Shown one piece after another: positions 31,765-42,600 of a stretch of DNA of 64,000 nucleotides. Made by a program: the position numbers and the translations under genes. Positions within the stretch are counted from its first letter, which is position 1. Every line of letters begins with the position of its first letter. This stretch comes from an uncultured Clostridia bacterium. Its GTDB lineage: Bacteria > Bacillota > Clostridia > Christensenellales > Borkfalkiaceae. The stretch spans positions 3,092 to 67,091 of the forward strand of contig CAMWMZ010000002.1 in assembly GCA_947175485.1 (NCBI GenBank), in the 5' to 3' direction. Under the pieces are notes generated by a model. It was not told the origin of the DNA. It did no database searches and was given only the letters and a program-made list of their open reading frames with translations.

Positions 31765-34700
31765 TTATTCCTTATCCTCGTCGCCGCCGAGAAGGTCGCC
31801 TAAATCGTCGCCGTCCTCGTCTTCGTCAAAGAGAGTGTATTTGTCGTCAAGTTCGTCGTCGTCGCCGAAGTCGTCCATGTCGTCGTCGCCGAACAGCTCT
31901 TTACCCGCAAAGTCCTCGTCCTCGTCGTTGTCGAATATAGAAATAGGTTCGTCGAGGTCGTCGTCCTCGTCTTCGTCGCGGTGCTTTGTGATATCGAATT
32001 CGACTTCGGGGATTTTGCTTTCCTGTTCCTGCGCCTCGCGCTGGCGGGCGGTGGGAATGGTTTCATCGTCGTCGTCAAGCTCGCGGATAACGAGTTCTTC
32101 GCCGCTTTCCGTGAGCACTTTTACGTCGAGCGCAAGCGACTGCAATTCTTTTAAGAGCACCTTAAACGCTTCGGGAATGCCCGGCTCGGAAATGTTGTTG
32201 CCCTTTACGATGCTTTCGTAGGTTTTTACACGGCCCACGATATCGTCCGATTTAACGGTTAAGATTTCCTGCAAAATATGCGCCGCGCCGTAAGCTTCGA
32301 GCGCCCAGACTTCCATTTCGCCGAAACGCTGTCCGCCGAACTGCGCTTTACCGCCGAGGGGCTGCTGCGTAACAAGACTGTAAGGACCTATTGAACGTGC
32401 GTGAATCTTATCGTCTACAAGGTGGTTAAGCTTAATCATATACTGAACGCCGACCGTTACGCGGTTTTCAAAAGGTTCGCCGGTTCTTCCGTCGTAAACC
32501 TGAATTTTACCGTCTACCTTGCCTTCGGGATTCAAAAGATTGTTTTCCTGGAACAGCTTTTTAATATCCTGCTCGGTTGCGCCGTCGAATACGGGGGTTG
32601 CAATCTTCCAGCCGAGCTGTTTGCAGACAAGACCGAGATGCACTTCGAGTACCTGACCGATATTCATACGCGAAGGAACGCCGAGCGGGTTCAATACGAT
32701 TTGCAAGGGAGTACCGTCCGCAAGGAAAGGCATATCCGCCTGAGGCAGTACGCGGGAAATAACGCCTTTGTTTCCGTGACGTCCCGCCATCTTGTCGCCG
32801 ATTTGAATTTTACGCTTCTGCGCTATATATACGCGGACGAGTTTTGAAACGCCGGGCGAAAGCTCGTCTTTGTTTTCACGGGTGAAAATCTTGACGTCTA
32901 CGACTATACCGCCCTCGCCGTGGGGCACTTTTAACGAAGTATCTCTTACTTCCCTTGACTTTTCGCCGAATATTGCGCGTAAAAGTCTTTCTTCGGGAGT
33001 AAGCTCCGTTTCGCCCTTGGGAGTAACCTTACCTACAAGGATATCGCCGGGCTGAACTTCCGCGCCGACGCGGATAATACCGTCTGCGTCCAAATCTTTC
33101 AACGCGTCCTCTGAAACGTTGGGTATATCGCGCGTGATTTCCTCCGCGCCGAGCTTAGTGTCGCGCGCTTCGGTTTCGTGTTCTTCGATGTGGATAGACG
33201 TAAACACGTCGTCCTGAACGAGCTTTTCGGAAATAAGAATAGCGTCCTCGTAATTGTAGCCTTCCCATTCCATATAGCCTATTAATATATTTTTACCGAG
33301 TGCAAGCTCGCCGTTGTTGGTTGCGGGGCCGTCCGCAATAATTTCACCCGCCGCAACTCTGTCCCCCGTGGATATAATGGGGCGCTGATTAAGGCACGTG
33401 CCCTGGTTGGAGCGTTGGAATTTCTTTAAAGCGTATTCGGTAACAAGTCCGTTTTCTTCTTCTATTTTAATGCAATCCGAAGATACTCCGACGGCGATAC
33501 CTGCGTTCTTTGCGCGTATCATTACGCCGCTGTCGCGGGCAATCGCGTGCTCGATACCAGTTGCGACTATCGCGCTTTCCGTCTTCATAAGAGGAACAGC
33601 CTGACGCTGCATGTTAGAGCCCATTAGCGCACGGTTCGTATCGTCGTTTTCAAGGAAAGGAATAAGCGCCGTGGCAACCGAAACAAGCTGTTTGGGCGAA
33701 ACGTCCATATAATCCATTTTCTCGGGACCGTACTGCGTGATTAAATCACGGTGGCGGCAACCGATATGCTGGTTTACAAAGCGGCTGTTTTCATCCAACG
33801 GTTCGTTTGCCTGGGCAACTATAAATCTGTCTTCTTCGTCCGCAGTGAGGTAATCCACTCTGTCGGTTACAACCGTATCCGTAACCTTGCCTTCCGCGTC
33901 GAAAGTATGCTCTACCTTTCTGTAAGGGCTCATTATAAAGCCGTATTCGTTGACTTTGGAGAAAGTGGCAAGCGAAGAAATAAGACCGATATTCTGACCT
34001 TCGGGGGTTTCTATAGGGCAAAGCCTGCCGTAGTGCGAGTGGTGAACGTCGCGCACTTCAAAGGTAGCCCTGTCGCGGTTAAGACCGCCGGGGCCGAGTG
34101 CGGAAAGCTTACGCTTGTGAGTAAGCTCAGCCGCGGGGTTGGTCTGGTCCATAAACTGAGAAAGCTGCGAAGAACCGAAGAACTCGCGGATTACCGCTGT
34201 AACGGGGCGCACGTTAACCAAGCCGGACGGAGTTACTTCCATCGCGTCCTGCGTTGCCATACGCTCTTTTATGAGTTTTTCAAGTCTTGCAATGCCTATG
34301 CGGAGCTGGTTTTGCAGAAGCTCCCCTACCGAACGTACACGGCGGTTGCCGAGGTGGTCGATATTGTCTATCGTGCCGATGCCGAATCTCAAATCGAGGT
34401 TTGAAGAAATTGCCGCAACGATATCGTCTACCGTTATGTGCTTATGATTGAGCTTTTCAATAACGGGTCTTATAGTCTTTTTATCTTCGTCGTCGGGAGT
34501 TTTATCGGAATTGAGAAGCTCGTTGAACCTCTTGCAAGCGCTAACGAATTTAATGCGCGATTCTTTGCGCTTTTCTCTGTTCTTCTTGTCTTCGGGCTTT
34601 TCGTCGTCAGCTTCGGGAGTTTCGGCGGTGTAATATATAGCGTTGATTTCGTCGCAATATTTTTCCGCTATAACTTCGGGCTTTTCGTTTTCGCATTCTT

Positions 34701-35838
34701 CCGCAAGCTTTAACATGAACTTATAGTTGGGAAGATAAATTGTGGGAAGAAGCCCGAAAAGCTTATGGGGCTTGTCCGACACGGCGGAAAAATGACAGGT
34801 ATTGTTCGCAATGATTTTGTGCTTGATTTCGCCCTGAACGGGGTCGGAAACGAGAACGTTAACCTCGTTTATACCGCAGTTCTGCATTTCGTAAGCCAAA
34901 TCTTCGGAAACGGTTTCGCCGCTGTGCGCCATAACTTCGCCTGTTTCGGGGTTGACGATATCTTCCGCAAGCTTGCAGCCGGGAAGCCTGTATGCAAGGC
35001 AAAGCTTTTTATTGAATTTATATCTGCCTACTTTTACCACGTCATAACGGCGGGGGTCGAAGAACAGATTATTGAGATGCTGCCTTACCGAAGCTTCTGT
35101 GGGAACTTCGCCGGGGCGCAGTCTTCTGTAAAGCTCGATAAGCCCGTCGCTTTCCGATTTCGTGGTATCCTTGGCGATTGTGTTTTCCACCATGGTATCG
35201 TTTGAGAACAAAACGAGAAGTGCTCTGTCCGAACCGAAACCGAGGGCGCGCAAAAGCACCGTAGCGCAGATTTTACGCTTACGGTCTACGTGAACCCATA
35301 AAACGCCTTGTGCATCCTGCTCGAATTCGAGCCATGCGCCGCGGTTGGGGATAACGGTCGTACCGAAAATTTCTTTACCGGTCTTGTCACGCGTCGAAGC
35401 GTTGTATGAACCGGGCGAACGGACAAGCTGGGAAACGATAACACGCTCCGCACCGTTTATAATGAACGAACCGCTGTCCGTCATAAGGGGGAACTCGCCC
35501 ATAAACACGGGCTGATCGATAACTTCGTCCTTGACCTTGTTTACAAGCCTGATTTTTACGTGCATCGGCAAAGCGTAAGTCGCGTCGCGGTTGCGGCACT
35601 CCTGTTCGCTGTACTTGGGCTTGGGGTCGAACCAGTGTTCGAGGAAATAAAGCTCGTAATGGTCGGAATAGTCGGTTATGGGCATAAAGTCTTCAAAAAC
35701 TTCTGTAATGCCCTCTTTCATAAACGCGTTATAGCTCGACTTCTGTATTTCTACAAGGTCGGGGATATCGATAACTTCGTTTATCTTGCCGAATTTTCTC
35801 CTTTCGGTTTTGCCATACTTGTGAATCGGTAAATTCAT
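31765..35838 (-). CDS. rpoB: DNA-directed RNA polymerase subunit beta (with lineage-specific insertion and long acidic C-terminal tail)
   Basis: Start taken at [16 protein letters not shown] (ATG 35838-35836); the track ORF has 15 extra codons. It carries the conserved blocks [15 protein letters not shown] and [10 protein letters not shown], and sits 15 nt upstream of rpoC. Confidence 0.95.
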   Translation of the reverse strand: MNLPIHKYGKTERRKFGKINEVIDIPDLVEIQKSSYNAFMKEGITEVFEDFMPITDYSDHYELYFLEHWFDPKPKYSEQECRNRDATYALPMHVKIRLVNKVKDEVIDQPVFMGEFPLMTDSGSFIINGAERVIVSQLVRSPGSYNASTRDKTGKEIFGTTVIPNRGAWLEFEQDAQGVLWVHVDRKRKICATVLLRALGFGSDRALLVLFSNDTMVENTIAKDTTKSESDGLIELYRRLRPGEVPTEASVRQHLNNLFFDPRRYDVVKVGRYKFNKKLCLAYRLPGCKLAEDIVNPETGEVMAHSGETVSEDLAYEMQNCGINEVNVLVSDPVQGEIKHKIIANNTCHFSAVSDKPHKLFGLLPTIYLPNYKFMLKLAEECENEKPEVIAEKYCDEINAIYYTAETPEADDEKPEDKKNREKRKESRIKFVSACKRFNELLNSDKTPDDEDKKTIRPVIEKLNHKHITVDDIVAAISSNLDLRFGIGTIDNIDHLGNRRVRSVGELLQNQLRIGIARLEKLIKERMATQDAMEVTPSGLVNVRPVTAVIREFFGSSQLSQFMDQTNPAAELTHKRKLSALGPGGLNRDRATFEVRDVHHSHYGRLCPIETPEGQNIGLISSLATFSKVNEYGFIMSPYRKVEHTFDAEGKVTDTVVTDRVDYLTADEEDRFIVAQANEPLDENSRFVNQHIGCRHRDLITQYGPEKMDYMDVSPKQLVSVATALIPFLENDDTNRALMGSNMQRQAVPLMKTESAIVATGIEHAIARDSGVMIRAKNAGIAVGVSSDCIKIEEENGLVTEYALKKFQRSNQGTCLNQRPIISTGDRVAAGEIIADGPATNNGELALGKNILIGYMEWEGYNYEDAILISEKLVQDDVFTSIHIEEHETEARDTKLGAEEITRDIPNVSEDALKDLDADGIIRVGAEVQPGDILVGKVTPKGETELTPEERLLRAIFGEKSREVRDTSLKVPHGEGGIVVDVKIFTRENKDELSPGVSKLVRVYIAQKRKIQIGDKMAGRHGNKGVISRVLPQADMPFLADGTPLQIVLNPLGVPSRMNIGQVLEVHLGLVCKQLGWKIATPVFDGATEQDIKKLFQENNLLNPEGKVDGKIQVYDGRTGEPFENRVTVGVQYMIKLNHLVDDKIHARSIGPYSLVTQQPLGGKAQFGGQRFGEMEVWALEAYGAAHILQEILTVKSDDIVGRVKTYESIVKGNNISEPGIPEAFKVLLKELQSLALDVKVLTESGEELVIRELDDDDETIPTARQREAQEQESKIPEVEFDITKHRDEDEDDDLDEPISIFDNDEDEDFAGKELFGDDDMDDFGDDDELDDKYTLFDEDEDGDDLGDLLGGDEDKE

Positions 35839-36178
35839 TAAAATTGAACTCCTTTGTGGCTTTTGAGCCGTATATATTTTCACATTTTAGGCGATTATGC
35901 GTTTATATCTTTTCACCGCAAAAAATCGAATGTTCCAAAAAAATTTATTTTTAAATGCCGTCCGCCCTTTACAACACCGCCGATTGGGTGTATAATCATA
36001 TAGTAATCACGCTGATTTCACCAAAAAATCACCGTATTTTGGCGAAAAAACACGCCGAAATTTACAAATTTGTGCAAAAACTGCATTTTAGTACAGTGTA
36101 TAATTATATATCTTAAAATCAATCGTGTCAAGCAAAAGTTCGACCGGTAAAAAACATTTTTCGAATAATTTTAAAAAC

Positions 36179-36418
36179 ATGAGAATAGACAAATTTTTAA
36201 AGGTTTCAAGGATTTTGAAGCGCCGCACTCTGGCGCAACAGGCGTGCGAAAAAGGCAAGGTAATCGTAAACGGAAAAGACGTTAAACCCGCGCACCGCAT
36301 AAAAGAGGGCGACGAGGTGGAATTACAGTTTACGGGCGGTTCGTTAAAATTCCGCATACTGCAAATTAAAGAAACGGTGAAAAAGGACGAGGCGCAATCG
36401 CTTTACGAAATAATATAA
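36179..36418 (+). CDS. rqcP: S4-domain RNA-binding protein, RqcP/YabO (Hsp15-like)
   Basis: MRIDKFLKVSRILKRRTLAQQACEKGKVIVNGKDVKPAHRIKEGDEVEL... closely parallels B. subtilis YabO as I remember it (MRLDKFLKVSRLIKRRTLAKE...). The track ORF begins at an upstream GTG (36125). An extended -10 TGTATAAT lies at 36097-36104. Confidence 0.8.
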   Translation: MRIDKFLKVSRILKRRTLAQQACEKGKVIVNGKDVKPAHRIKEGDEVELQFTGGSLKFRILQIKETVKKDEAQSLYEII

Positions 36419-37557
36419 TGAAAAATTTAAAGGTAAGCGCAATAATTTGTGCGGCGGGGAAAGGCGAAAGAGCGGGATTTTCCAAAAACAAGCTTCTTAC
36501 GCCCGTTGCCGGCGCGCCCGCGCTTTGGCACACGCTTAAAAAATTCGATATTCCCGAAATAGACGATGTTATCGTTACCTCGTCGGCTTGTGATTTCGAA
36601 GAAATTTCGTCCCTTTGCAAACCTTTCGGCTTTAAAACGGTTGAAGGCGGAAAAACGCGTACCCAAAGCGTGAAAAACGCGCTGAACTCCGTTACCGGCG
36701 ACATAGTTTTAATACACGACGGCGCGCGCCCTTTTGTAAAAAAAGAGCTGATTTTAAGCTGCATAGACGCGGTAAAGAAATACGACAGCGGAATTTGCGC
36801 GTTAAAGCTCACCGACACGGTTGTTTCGGCTGCGTTCGGGCAGATTACGGATAGACTTGACAGAGAATGCACTTACCGTTTGCAAACTCCGCAAGGGTTT
36901 TACACCGCCGATATAAAGCGGGCTTACGCACTTGCCGGCGACAAAACGTACACCGACGACAGCGCCGTTTATTGCGAATTCATATCGCCCGCCAGAATTA
37001 TTGACGGCGACGAAGAAAACGTTAAATTGACTTTTAAAAGCGATTTTTTACGCGATATCCCCGCTTTCAGCGTTTCCGACGGAGAAAACGTCGGGTTCGG
37101 GGTTGACGTTCACTCTTTTTGCGAAGGTGACAAAGTTGTATTGGGCGGGATAGAAATACCTTGCGGGCAAGGGCTTGCGGCGCACAGCGACGGCGACGTT
37201 ATAATTCACGCGCTTATGGACGCTTTGCTTTCCTCTGCGGGGCTAAGAGATATCGGGCATTACTTTCCTGTGGACGACGCCGCATATGCGGGAGCGGACA
37301 GTAAAGAGCTTTTGAAAAGAGTAATTTTATTATTGCGGGAAAAATCATATGCGCCAGCAAACATTTCAATTACCGTTCAGGCGGAAAAACCCCGCCTATC
37401 CCCTTATATCGGCAAAATGGTTGAAGTATTGAGCGGAATTTGCAACCTTTCAAAAGAGAAAGTCGCCGTATCTGCCGGCACAAGCGAAAAGCTGGGCTTT
37501 GTTGGCGAGGGGCTTGGAATTTGCGCATACGCCGCCGTTACGGTTAAAAAACTTTAA
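36418..37557 (+). CDS. ispDF: Bifunctional IspD/IspF (MEP cytidylyltransferase / MEcPP synthase)
   Basis: 379 aa. The N-terminal half is IspD-like (AIICAAGKGERAG). The C-terminal half is IspF-like (GFGVDVHSF..G..VVLGG(I)EIP...GL.AHSDGDV..HAL.DALL). Its start overlaps the rqcP stop. Confidence 0.9.
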   Translation: MKNLKVSAIICAAGKGERAGFSKNKLLTPVAGAPALWHTLKKFDIPEIDDVIVTSSACDFEEISSLCKPFGFKTVEGGKTRTQSVKNALNSVTGDIVLIHDGARPFVKKELILSCIDAVKKYDSGICALKLTDTVVSAAFGQITDRLDRECTYRLQTPQGFYTADIKRAYALAGDKTYTDDSAVYCEFISPARIIDGDEENVKLTFKSDFLRDIPAFSVSDGENVGFGVDVHSFCEGDKVVLGGIEIPCGQGLAAHSDGDVIIHALMDALLSSAGLRDIGHYFPVDDAAYAGADSKELLKRVILLLREKSYAPANISITVQAEKPRLSPYIGKMVEVLSGICNLSKEKVAVSAGTSEKLGFVGEGLGICAYAAVTVKKL

Positions 37558-37669
37558 ACTGAAAACGCGCGATATTGCAAAACCGCAAAATACGGAAGAA
37601 CATCTCCATGGGTTAAAAGCGAAACCTCTTCTTCCGTTTTCGAATTTCAAATAAAACAAGGATTATTAT

Positions 37670-39028
37670 ATGGCAAAGGTTACTACCGAATACGTTTGTT
37701 CGGATTGCGGGGCTTCGAGCCCAAGATGGCTCGGCCGCTGCCCGTCATGCGGAAAATTCAACACTATGGTTGAAGAGATATCCGCACCCGCACAAACGCA
37801 GAAAACGGCAAAAATTCACACGGGCGGCAAAGCGAAGCCGCTTTCACAAATTACATATGAAAAGTTTAACCGCACCTCTTCCGGCGTTTCGGAATTCGAT
37901 AACGTTTTGGGCGGCGGAATCGTTGCGGGGTCTTTGGTGCTTTTGGGCGGCGACCCCGGAATAGGGAAATCCACGCTTTTAACGCAGATTGCGGCTTATC
38001 TTTCACAGACGAAAAAGGTTTTATACTTTTCTGCGGAAGAGAGCTGTTCGCAGGTTAAAATGCGCGCGGAAAGACTTAATCTGAAATCGGAAAACATGCT
38101 GATTATCAACGAGACATGCATAGACGGACTCGAAAGCGAGCTTGACGGAGTGGAATTCTGCGTTATAGACAGTATTCAGGCAGTTTACACGGACGACCTT
38201 TCCTCCTCCTCAGGGTCGGTTGGGCAGGTTCGGGAGTGCGCTTCGAAAATAATGCGCATAGCCAAAAGCCGAGGGATTACCTTTTTCATTATAGGGCACG
38301 TAACCAAAGAGGGCGCACTTGCGGGACCGAAGGTTTTGGAGCACATTATGGATACGGTGCTTTATTTCGAGGGCGAAAACCAGGAAAACTTCCGCATACT
38401 GCGTGCGGTTAAAAACCGCTTCGGCAACGTTGCGGAGGTTGGCGTTTTTGAAATGACGGACACGGGAATTATAGCCGTAACGGATTATTCGGGAGTGTTC
38501 CTTTCCGAGAGCCGCGGCGAGGAAGCGGGCTCTTGCGTTACTCCCGCCCAAACGGGAGCAAGGTGCATGAACGTGGAAATACAGACGCTTGTGGCGAAAA
38601 CCTCTTTCGGACTGCCGCGCAGAATGCCGCTCGGAATAGATTATAACAAGCTTGTGCTTTTGATTGCCGTGCTTGAAAAACGCTGCGGGCTTTCTTTGGG
38701 CGGATACGATATTTATCTGAACGCTATGGGCGGAATAAAGCTCGGCGAGCCGAGCTGCGATTTGGCAGTTTGCGCGGCGCTTGCTTCAGCATACTACTCG
38801 AAGCCCGTAGACAAGTACACCGCCGTTTTCGGCGAAGTAGGGTTGACCGGCGAGGTGCGCGCCGTGTCCTACTGCGAAAAGAGAGTTGCGGAGTGTGTTA
38901 AGATGGGCTTTAAAAAAGTGCTTGTGCCTGCTAAAAACATGAAATCCGTTGCAAAGTATGCGGACAAGGTGGCAATAGTGCCCATACTTTACGTTAATTC
39001 TATGATTAAAAATTTGTTTAAGGATTAA
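37670..39028 (+). CDS. radA: DNA repair protein RadA/Sms
   Basis: 452 aa with the zinc finger CSDCG...CPSCG, Walker A GDPGIGKST, the KNRFG motif and a Lon-protease-like C-terminal domain. Confidence 0.95.
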   Translation: MAKVTTEYVCSDCGASSPRWLGRCPSCGKFNTMVEEISAPAQTQKTAKIHTGGKAKPLSQITYEKFNRTSSGVSEFDNVLGGGIVAGSLVLLGGDPGIGKSTLLTQIAAYLSQTKKVLYFSAEESCSQVKMRAERLNLKSENMLIINETCIDGLESELDGVEFCVIDSIQAVYTDDLSSSSGSVGQVRECASKIMRIAKSRGITFFIIGHVTKEGALAGPKVLEHIMDTVLYFEGENQENFRILRAVKNRFGNVAEVGVFEMTDTGIIAVTDYSGVFLSESRGEEAGSCVTPAQTGARCMNVEIQTLVAKTSFGLPRRMPLGIDYNKLVLLIAVLEKRCGLSLGGYDIYLNAMGGIKLGEPSCDLAVCAALASAYYSKPVDKYTAVFGEVGLTGEVRAVSYCEKRVAECVKMGFKKVLVPAKNMKSVAKYADKVAIVPILYVNSMIKNLFKD

Positions 39029-39034
39029 AAAATG

Positions 39035-39076
39035 AAAAACCCGCCGCTTGCTGAATTTGCAAGCGGCGGGTTTTTA
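39035..39076. terminator. Bidirectional intrinsic terminator (radA / PGT-like gene convergent)
   Basis: CCCGCCGCTTGC (39040-39051) - TGAATTT - GCAAGCGGCGGG (39059-39070), flanked by AAAAA and TTTTT. Confidence 0.85.
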
Positions 39077-39085
39077 TATGTGTTT

Positions 39086-39556
39086 TCAGATTAAAGGCTT
39101 TTTATAATTGTTTTTTGTGAAGATATCGAATATCGTGATATCACCCGCTATTACGTTAATGAGCGCGGGCAGCTTATCAAGACGGTATTTCCTGTAAACG
39201 TTGCCGACAGCGGTTATGCGGGGGTCGTTTTTCAAAACGAATTTGGGAGGCTCTGCCTCGTTCAGCCCCGCGGCGTTTAACTGAACCTCGAGTTCGTCCG
39301 CGTGGATACACATAGTGCGAAGCTTGATTAGCTTAAATTCTTTGCCTTTAGCGCCGTTGCGCGTGCTTATATATAAAGGATTGTGGAAATCTTCCAAATA
39401 TTTAACAAGCATCAAAATAAGGATAAGCCAGCTTAAAACCACAAGCAACACAACACCCGCGAATATATCGAGAGCGCGCAAAAAGAATTTTTTTGCGCCG
39501 TTTTCTTTTGTTTTCTGTTCGGTAGGATTTTCTTCCGTTCGGGTTAATTCTTCCAT
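39086..39556 (-). CDS. Truncated bacterial sugar-transferase (phosphoglycosyl-transferase, PglC/WbaP-C type)-like protein
   Basis: 156 aa with a re-entrant/TM helix (IFAGVVLLVVLSWLILILMLV), F.LIKLRTM, and KNDPRITAVG...LDKLPALINVIAGDIT. It then stops 17 aa later, where the family continues with VGPRP...PG(I/L)TG. See findings. Confidence 0.65.
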   Translation of the reverse strand: MEELTRTEENPTEQKTKENGAKKFFLRALDIFAGVVLLVVLSWLILILMLVKYLEDFHNPLYISTRNGAKGKEFKLIKLRTMCIHADELEVQLNAAGLNEAEPPKFVLKNDPRITAVGNVYRKYRLDKLPALINVIAGDITIFDIFTKNNYKKPLI

Positions 39557-39567
39557 AAGCGAATATT

Positions 39568-39596
39568 ATTATAACAAATAATCGGTTAAATTACAA
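39568..39596 (-). promoter_or_regulatory. Promoter of the PGT-like gene (near-leaderless geometry)
   Basis: Reverse strand: TTGTAA (39596-39591), 17-nt spacer, TATAAT (39573-39568). Only 11 nt separate the -10 from ATG 39556, and there is no SD. Confidence 0.55.
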
Positions 39597-39610
39597 GTAA
39601 TTTTTACATA

Positions 39611-39645
39611 TAAAAAACCGTATGCGGTTTGCATACGGTTTTATT
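39611..39645 (-). terminator. Intrinsic terminator of the giant gene
   Basis: Stem AACCGTATGC (39616-39625) / GCATACGGTT (39631-39640). On the reverse strand it is followed by TTTTTT. Confidence 0.8.
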
Positions 39646-39647
39646 GT

Positions 39648-42600
39648 TTAAATTTTAACGTATTGCTTCCACAGACTGCCGCTGAGCGTTACGTTTTTGC
39701 CGCCGTTGAGCGAAATGTTGATTTTAACGTTTCCGCCCGAATAGCTTCCTTTATCGTCTCCGTGGGTGGAGCTTACCGTTTTTTCAAAGCTGCCGTCGGC
39801 GTAAGCGTTTTCCCATTTGTTATTGTTGAGATTGTTGCTCATCGCCTCTCCGTTTTTGGAAATACCGTATTGCAGCTGAACGTTTACCGATAAATCGCTG
39901 CATGCGTTGGCGATTTCCAGACTTTTACCGCTGAACGGCGAATTTACGTAGCCGTTAATCACCCATTCCTTACTGAAAAGATTTTTATACTTGTAGGAAT
40001 TATAGGTTATTTCGCCGGTTACTTCAACGTTGTACCATACGGCTGACAATACCGCCGTGACGTTTTCCGTAAATTCAAAATCCGCAAGGAAATTTTTGAG
40101 CGCGTTAGCGTCGGATATATATTTGTAATTTTCTCCGTTTTTTATAAACCAGCCGAGGAACGCTTTGCCTTCGCTTGAAGCTTCTCCGAGATAATCGCTT
40201 TCATCGCCGTAACGCATAACCGTATCCAAAGCGGAATTATCGAACGGCAAGTCGCTTTCATACGCGACGTTGAACGTTTTGCCTATCCACTTTATGTAAT
40301 AAGTTTGTGCGCCGCCGATTATTATTTCGGTTAAAGGCTCGCCGTTAAATTCGGGGTTATCGTAAACGCCGTAAACGTTATAGAGCTTTGAAGTGAGCTC
40401 GGGAAGCTTAACCGCAGTGCCGAATTCGGCGAAGAACGAAACGGAATTACCCGAGTTTTCAAACCTGTAGTAGCCCTCTGCACTCGTTTCGTTAATCGGC
40501 TGTCCGCCCGAAAGCATAACCATATATTTGACGGCGCCGTATCTAAGATAATACGTTTTGTTCTGCGTTACGGACGTACCTTCCGCGCCGAGCCATTCGC
40601 CCTCGTACCCCTGCTTTTCGGGAACGGCGGGCATATTGGCAAGCGTGAGCTTTTCGTTTTCGTAATAGTTTCTTGTTTCTTCCGAGCCGTCTTCGAATTT
40701 ATAAGTTATGGAATAAAGCTTTTTCCAGTCCGCGGTAAGCTCAAGCGAGTTATCGGTTATTTCGACAACGCCGTACTTTATACCGTTTTCGTCGGTATAA
40801 GTTTCGGCAAAGCTGTAATAGCCCGAATTTGCGCCGAGGCAATAGCCTTCCAAAGTGTATAACTGACCGTTTTCGGTATAGAGTACGTTGAGAGGAAGAT
40901 AAAGCTTTGCGCCGTATTTATCGGTTAACGTTTTGCTATAAACGCTTTCCGCCAGAGAGAAGGTTCCGTCGTAATTAAACGCACTGTTTACCGTAGCCGA
41001 CAAAGCCGTAAGATTGATAGCCGTGTTTTTATAATAGTTTCCGTTTTCGTCTTTATTGAACTTTTCGTGCGGGTTGCAATACGTGAAATCGCCGCTCAAC
41101 ACTATAGTTACGCCCGAACCGCCGATAAGAGGAATTTTTATCGAGGTTTGTGCGATGCTCAGACCGTTTACGGTATACGTTCCGTCGGAATTTTTATAAG
41201 CGCCGAACGTAAGAGGAATTTTATCCGTTTCCATTGCGGCGAGGTCTTTCAACAGTCCGCCGTTTATGTTTATATTCCAGTCTGCGCCGTTATCCCTTTC
41301 CGTTACCGTATACGAGTGTAAAACGTAATTCAAAGCCGCGCCGAAATCTTTGCCTTCAAACGAAACGCCGTTACCGTTGCTGCCTGACGTATCCACTTTG
41401 CCGAGGTTATCAGCGATAGTGCTTGAAAGATTGAGGATAAAACCGATCTGGTTCATAATATCCGCGGTAAATTCTTCAAGCGGCATTTCGCGGTATAACG
41501 TTACAGGCGTTATGGGTTTGTTTTTGGAATCGGTAGTTTGTATGCGTTTTATGCAGACGGTATTGTTCCTTATCGACATATACACGTCGGAGGTGCCGTT
41601 TACCGCAGCCATAGGGATAAAGCCGATTATGGTAGCTTCTTTGCCGGGGTATGAAAGGTGCAAGTCCGCCGCAACGTCGTTTGTAAGTTCGTCGATATAC
41701 ACCGCGAGCGAATTTATTTTAAGAGGCAAATCTACTTTTGCAAGCCCCAGAACACTGAGATTGACGTTAAGCGAGCCGGTTAAAACGTATTCGCTGTTGA
41801 GTTCGTATGCGGTATCCTTATCGGGAGTTTCGTGCGTGGCGGAATTTACCACGGCTTTAAGCAAGGTATCCAGCCCGTCGGCGTTTACGTAGCCCGTGAA
41901 GCTTTGCGGTTTTTCGATTGCATCGTAACGGAATGCGGCGGAAAGACCGAGCTTGTTTACGTTGTTATCCCCCGAATATACGTTTTTGAGCTGAATATCG
42001 GAAATATAAGCTACGTTGTTTATATAAGTTCTGTTAAGCTCTACCGTTATATTTTCTTCTTCCTCGACGTCCGTTCCGTAAATTTCCGAGGAATTGAGAA
42101 CAAGGCTTAAAGAGTTATCGGAGTATGTTATGCTCTTTATGTATTCGCTGTTCAATGATAAATTCTTATTTTCGGCTTCTTCCTTTACATTGCCTAAATT
42201 CGCCATGAGTTCGGCAAGGAAATCGTTGAGATTTTTGCCGAGTATCTGAGGAATTAGGCTTTCCCCGAGCGAAGAGAACTGATCTTTTGTATTAGGGATA
42301 TATTTGTTTATCAAAAGTTCGTTTACGGCGTTAGATATCTGCGCGACAGCCGCGTTGAGTTCGGCGTTGTCTTTAAATTCGATTTCATCGATATTGGCCA
42401 TTGCGCAAACCATTGAAACAAGACTGAAAATTTCATCTGCGGGAGCGTAAATTTTCAAAGGATTGTGCCGGCTGTCCGTTGCCGGATTGTATTTGGAAAC
42501 CGAAAGATAAACATCGAGGCCGCCGTCGGCAGAATACTGACCGAAAGTAAGACCGTTTGCGTCCGTTTCGGGATTTGCGTCAAGCAGATATAAATCGAGA

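Noticed and set aside
31661-32221. Ser-rich 186-aa (+) and Thr-rich 92-aa (-, 31800..32078) ORFs
   Set aside because: Both are alternative frames of the GAC/GAA/GAG-repeat tract encoding the acidic RpoB tail. Their homopolymer-like composition is a by-product of the triplet repeat.
33751-34404. 217-aa + strand ORF inside rpoB, together with similar antisense ORFs at 16513..17070 (pcrA), 46412..47029 (Wzy_C gene), 48835..49497 (anti-sigma-like gene) and 36366..36872 (ispDF)
   Set aside because: All lie antisense within genes whose products carry strong family motifs. None has an SD or a recognisable domain.
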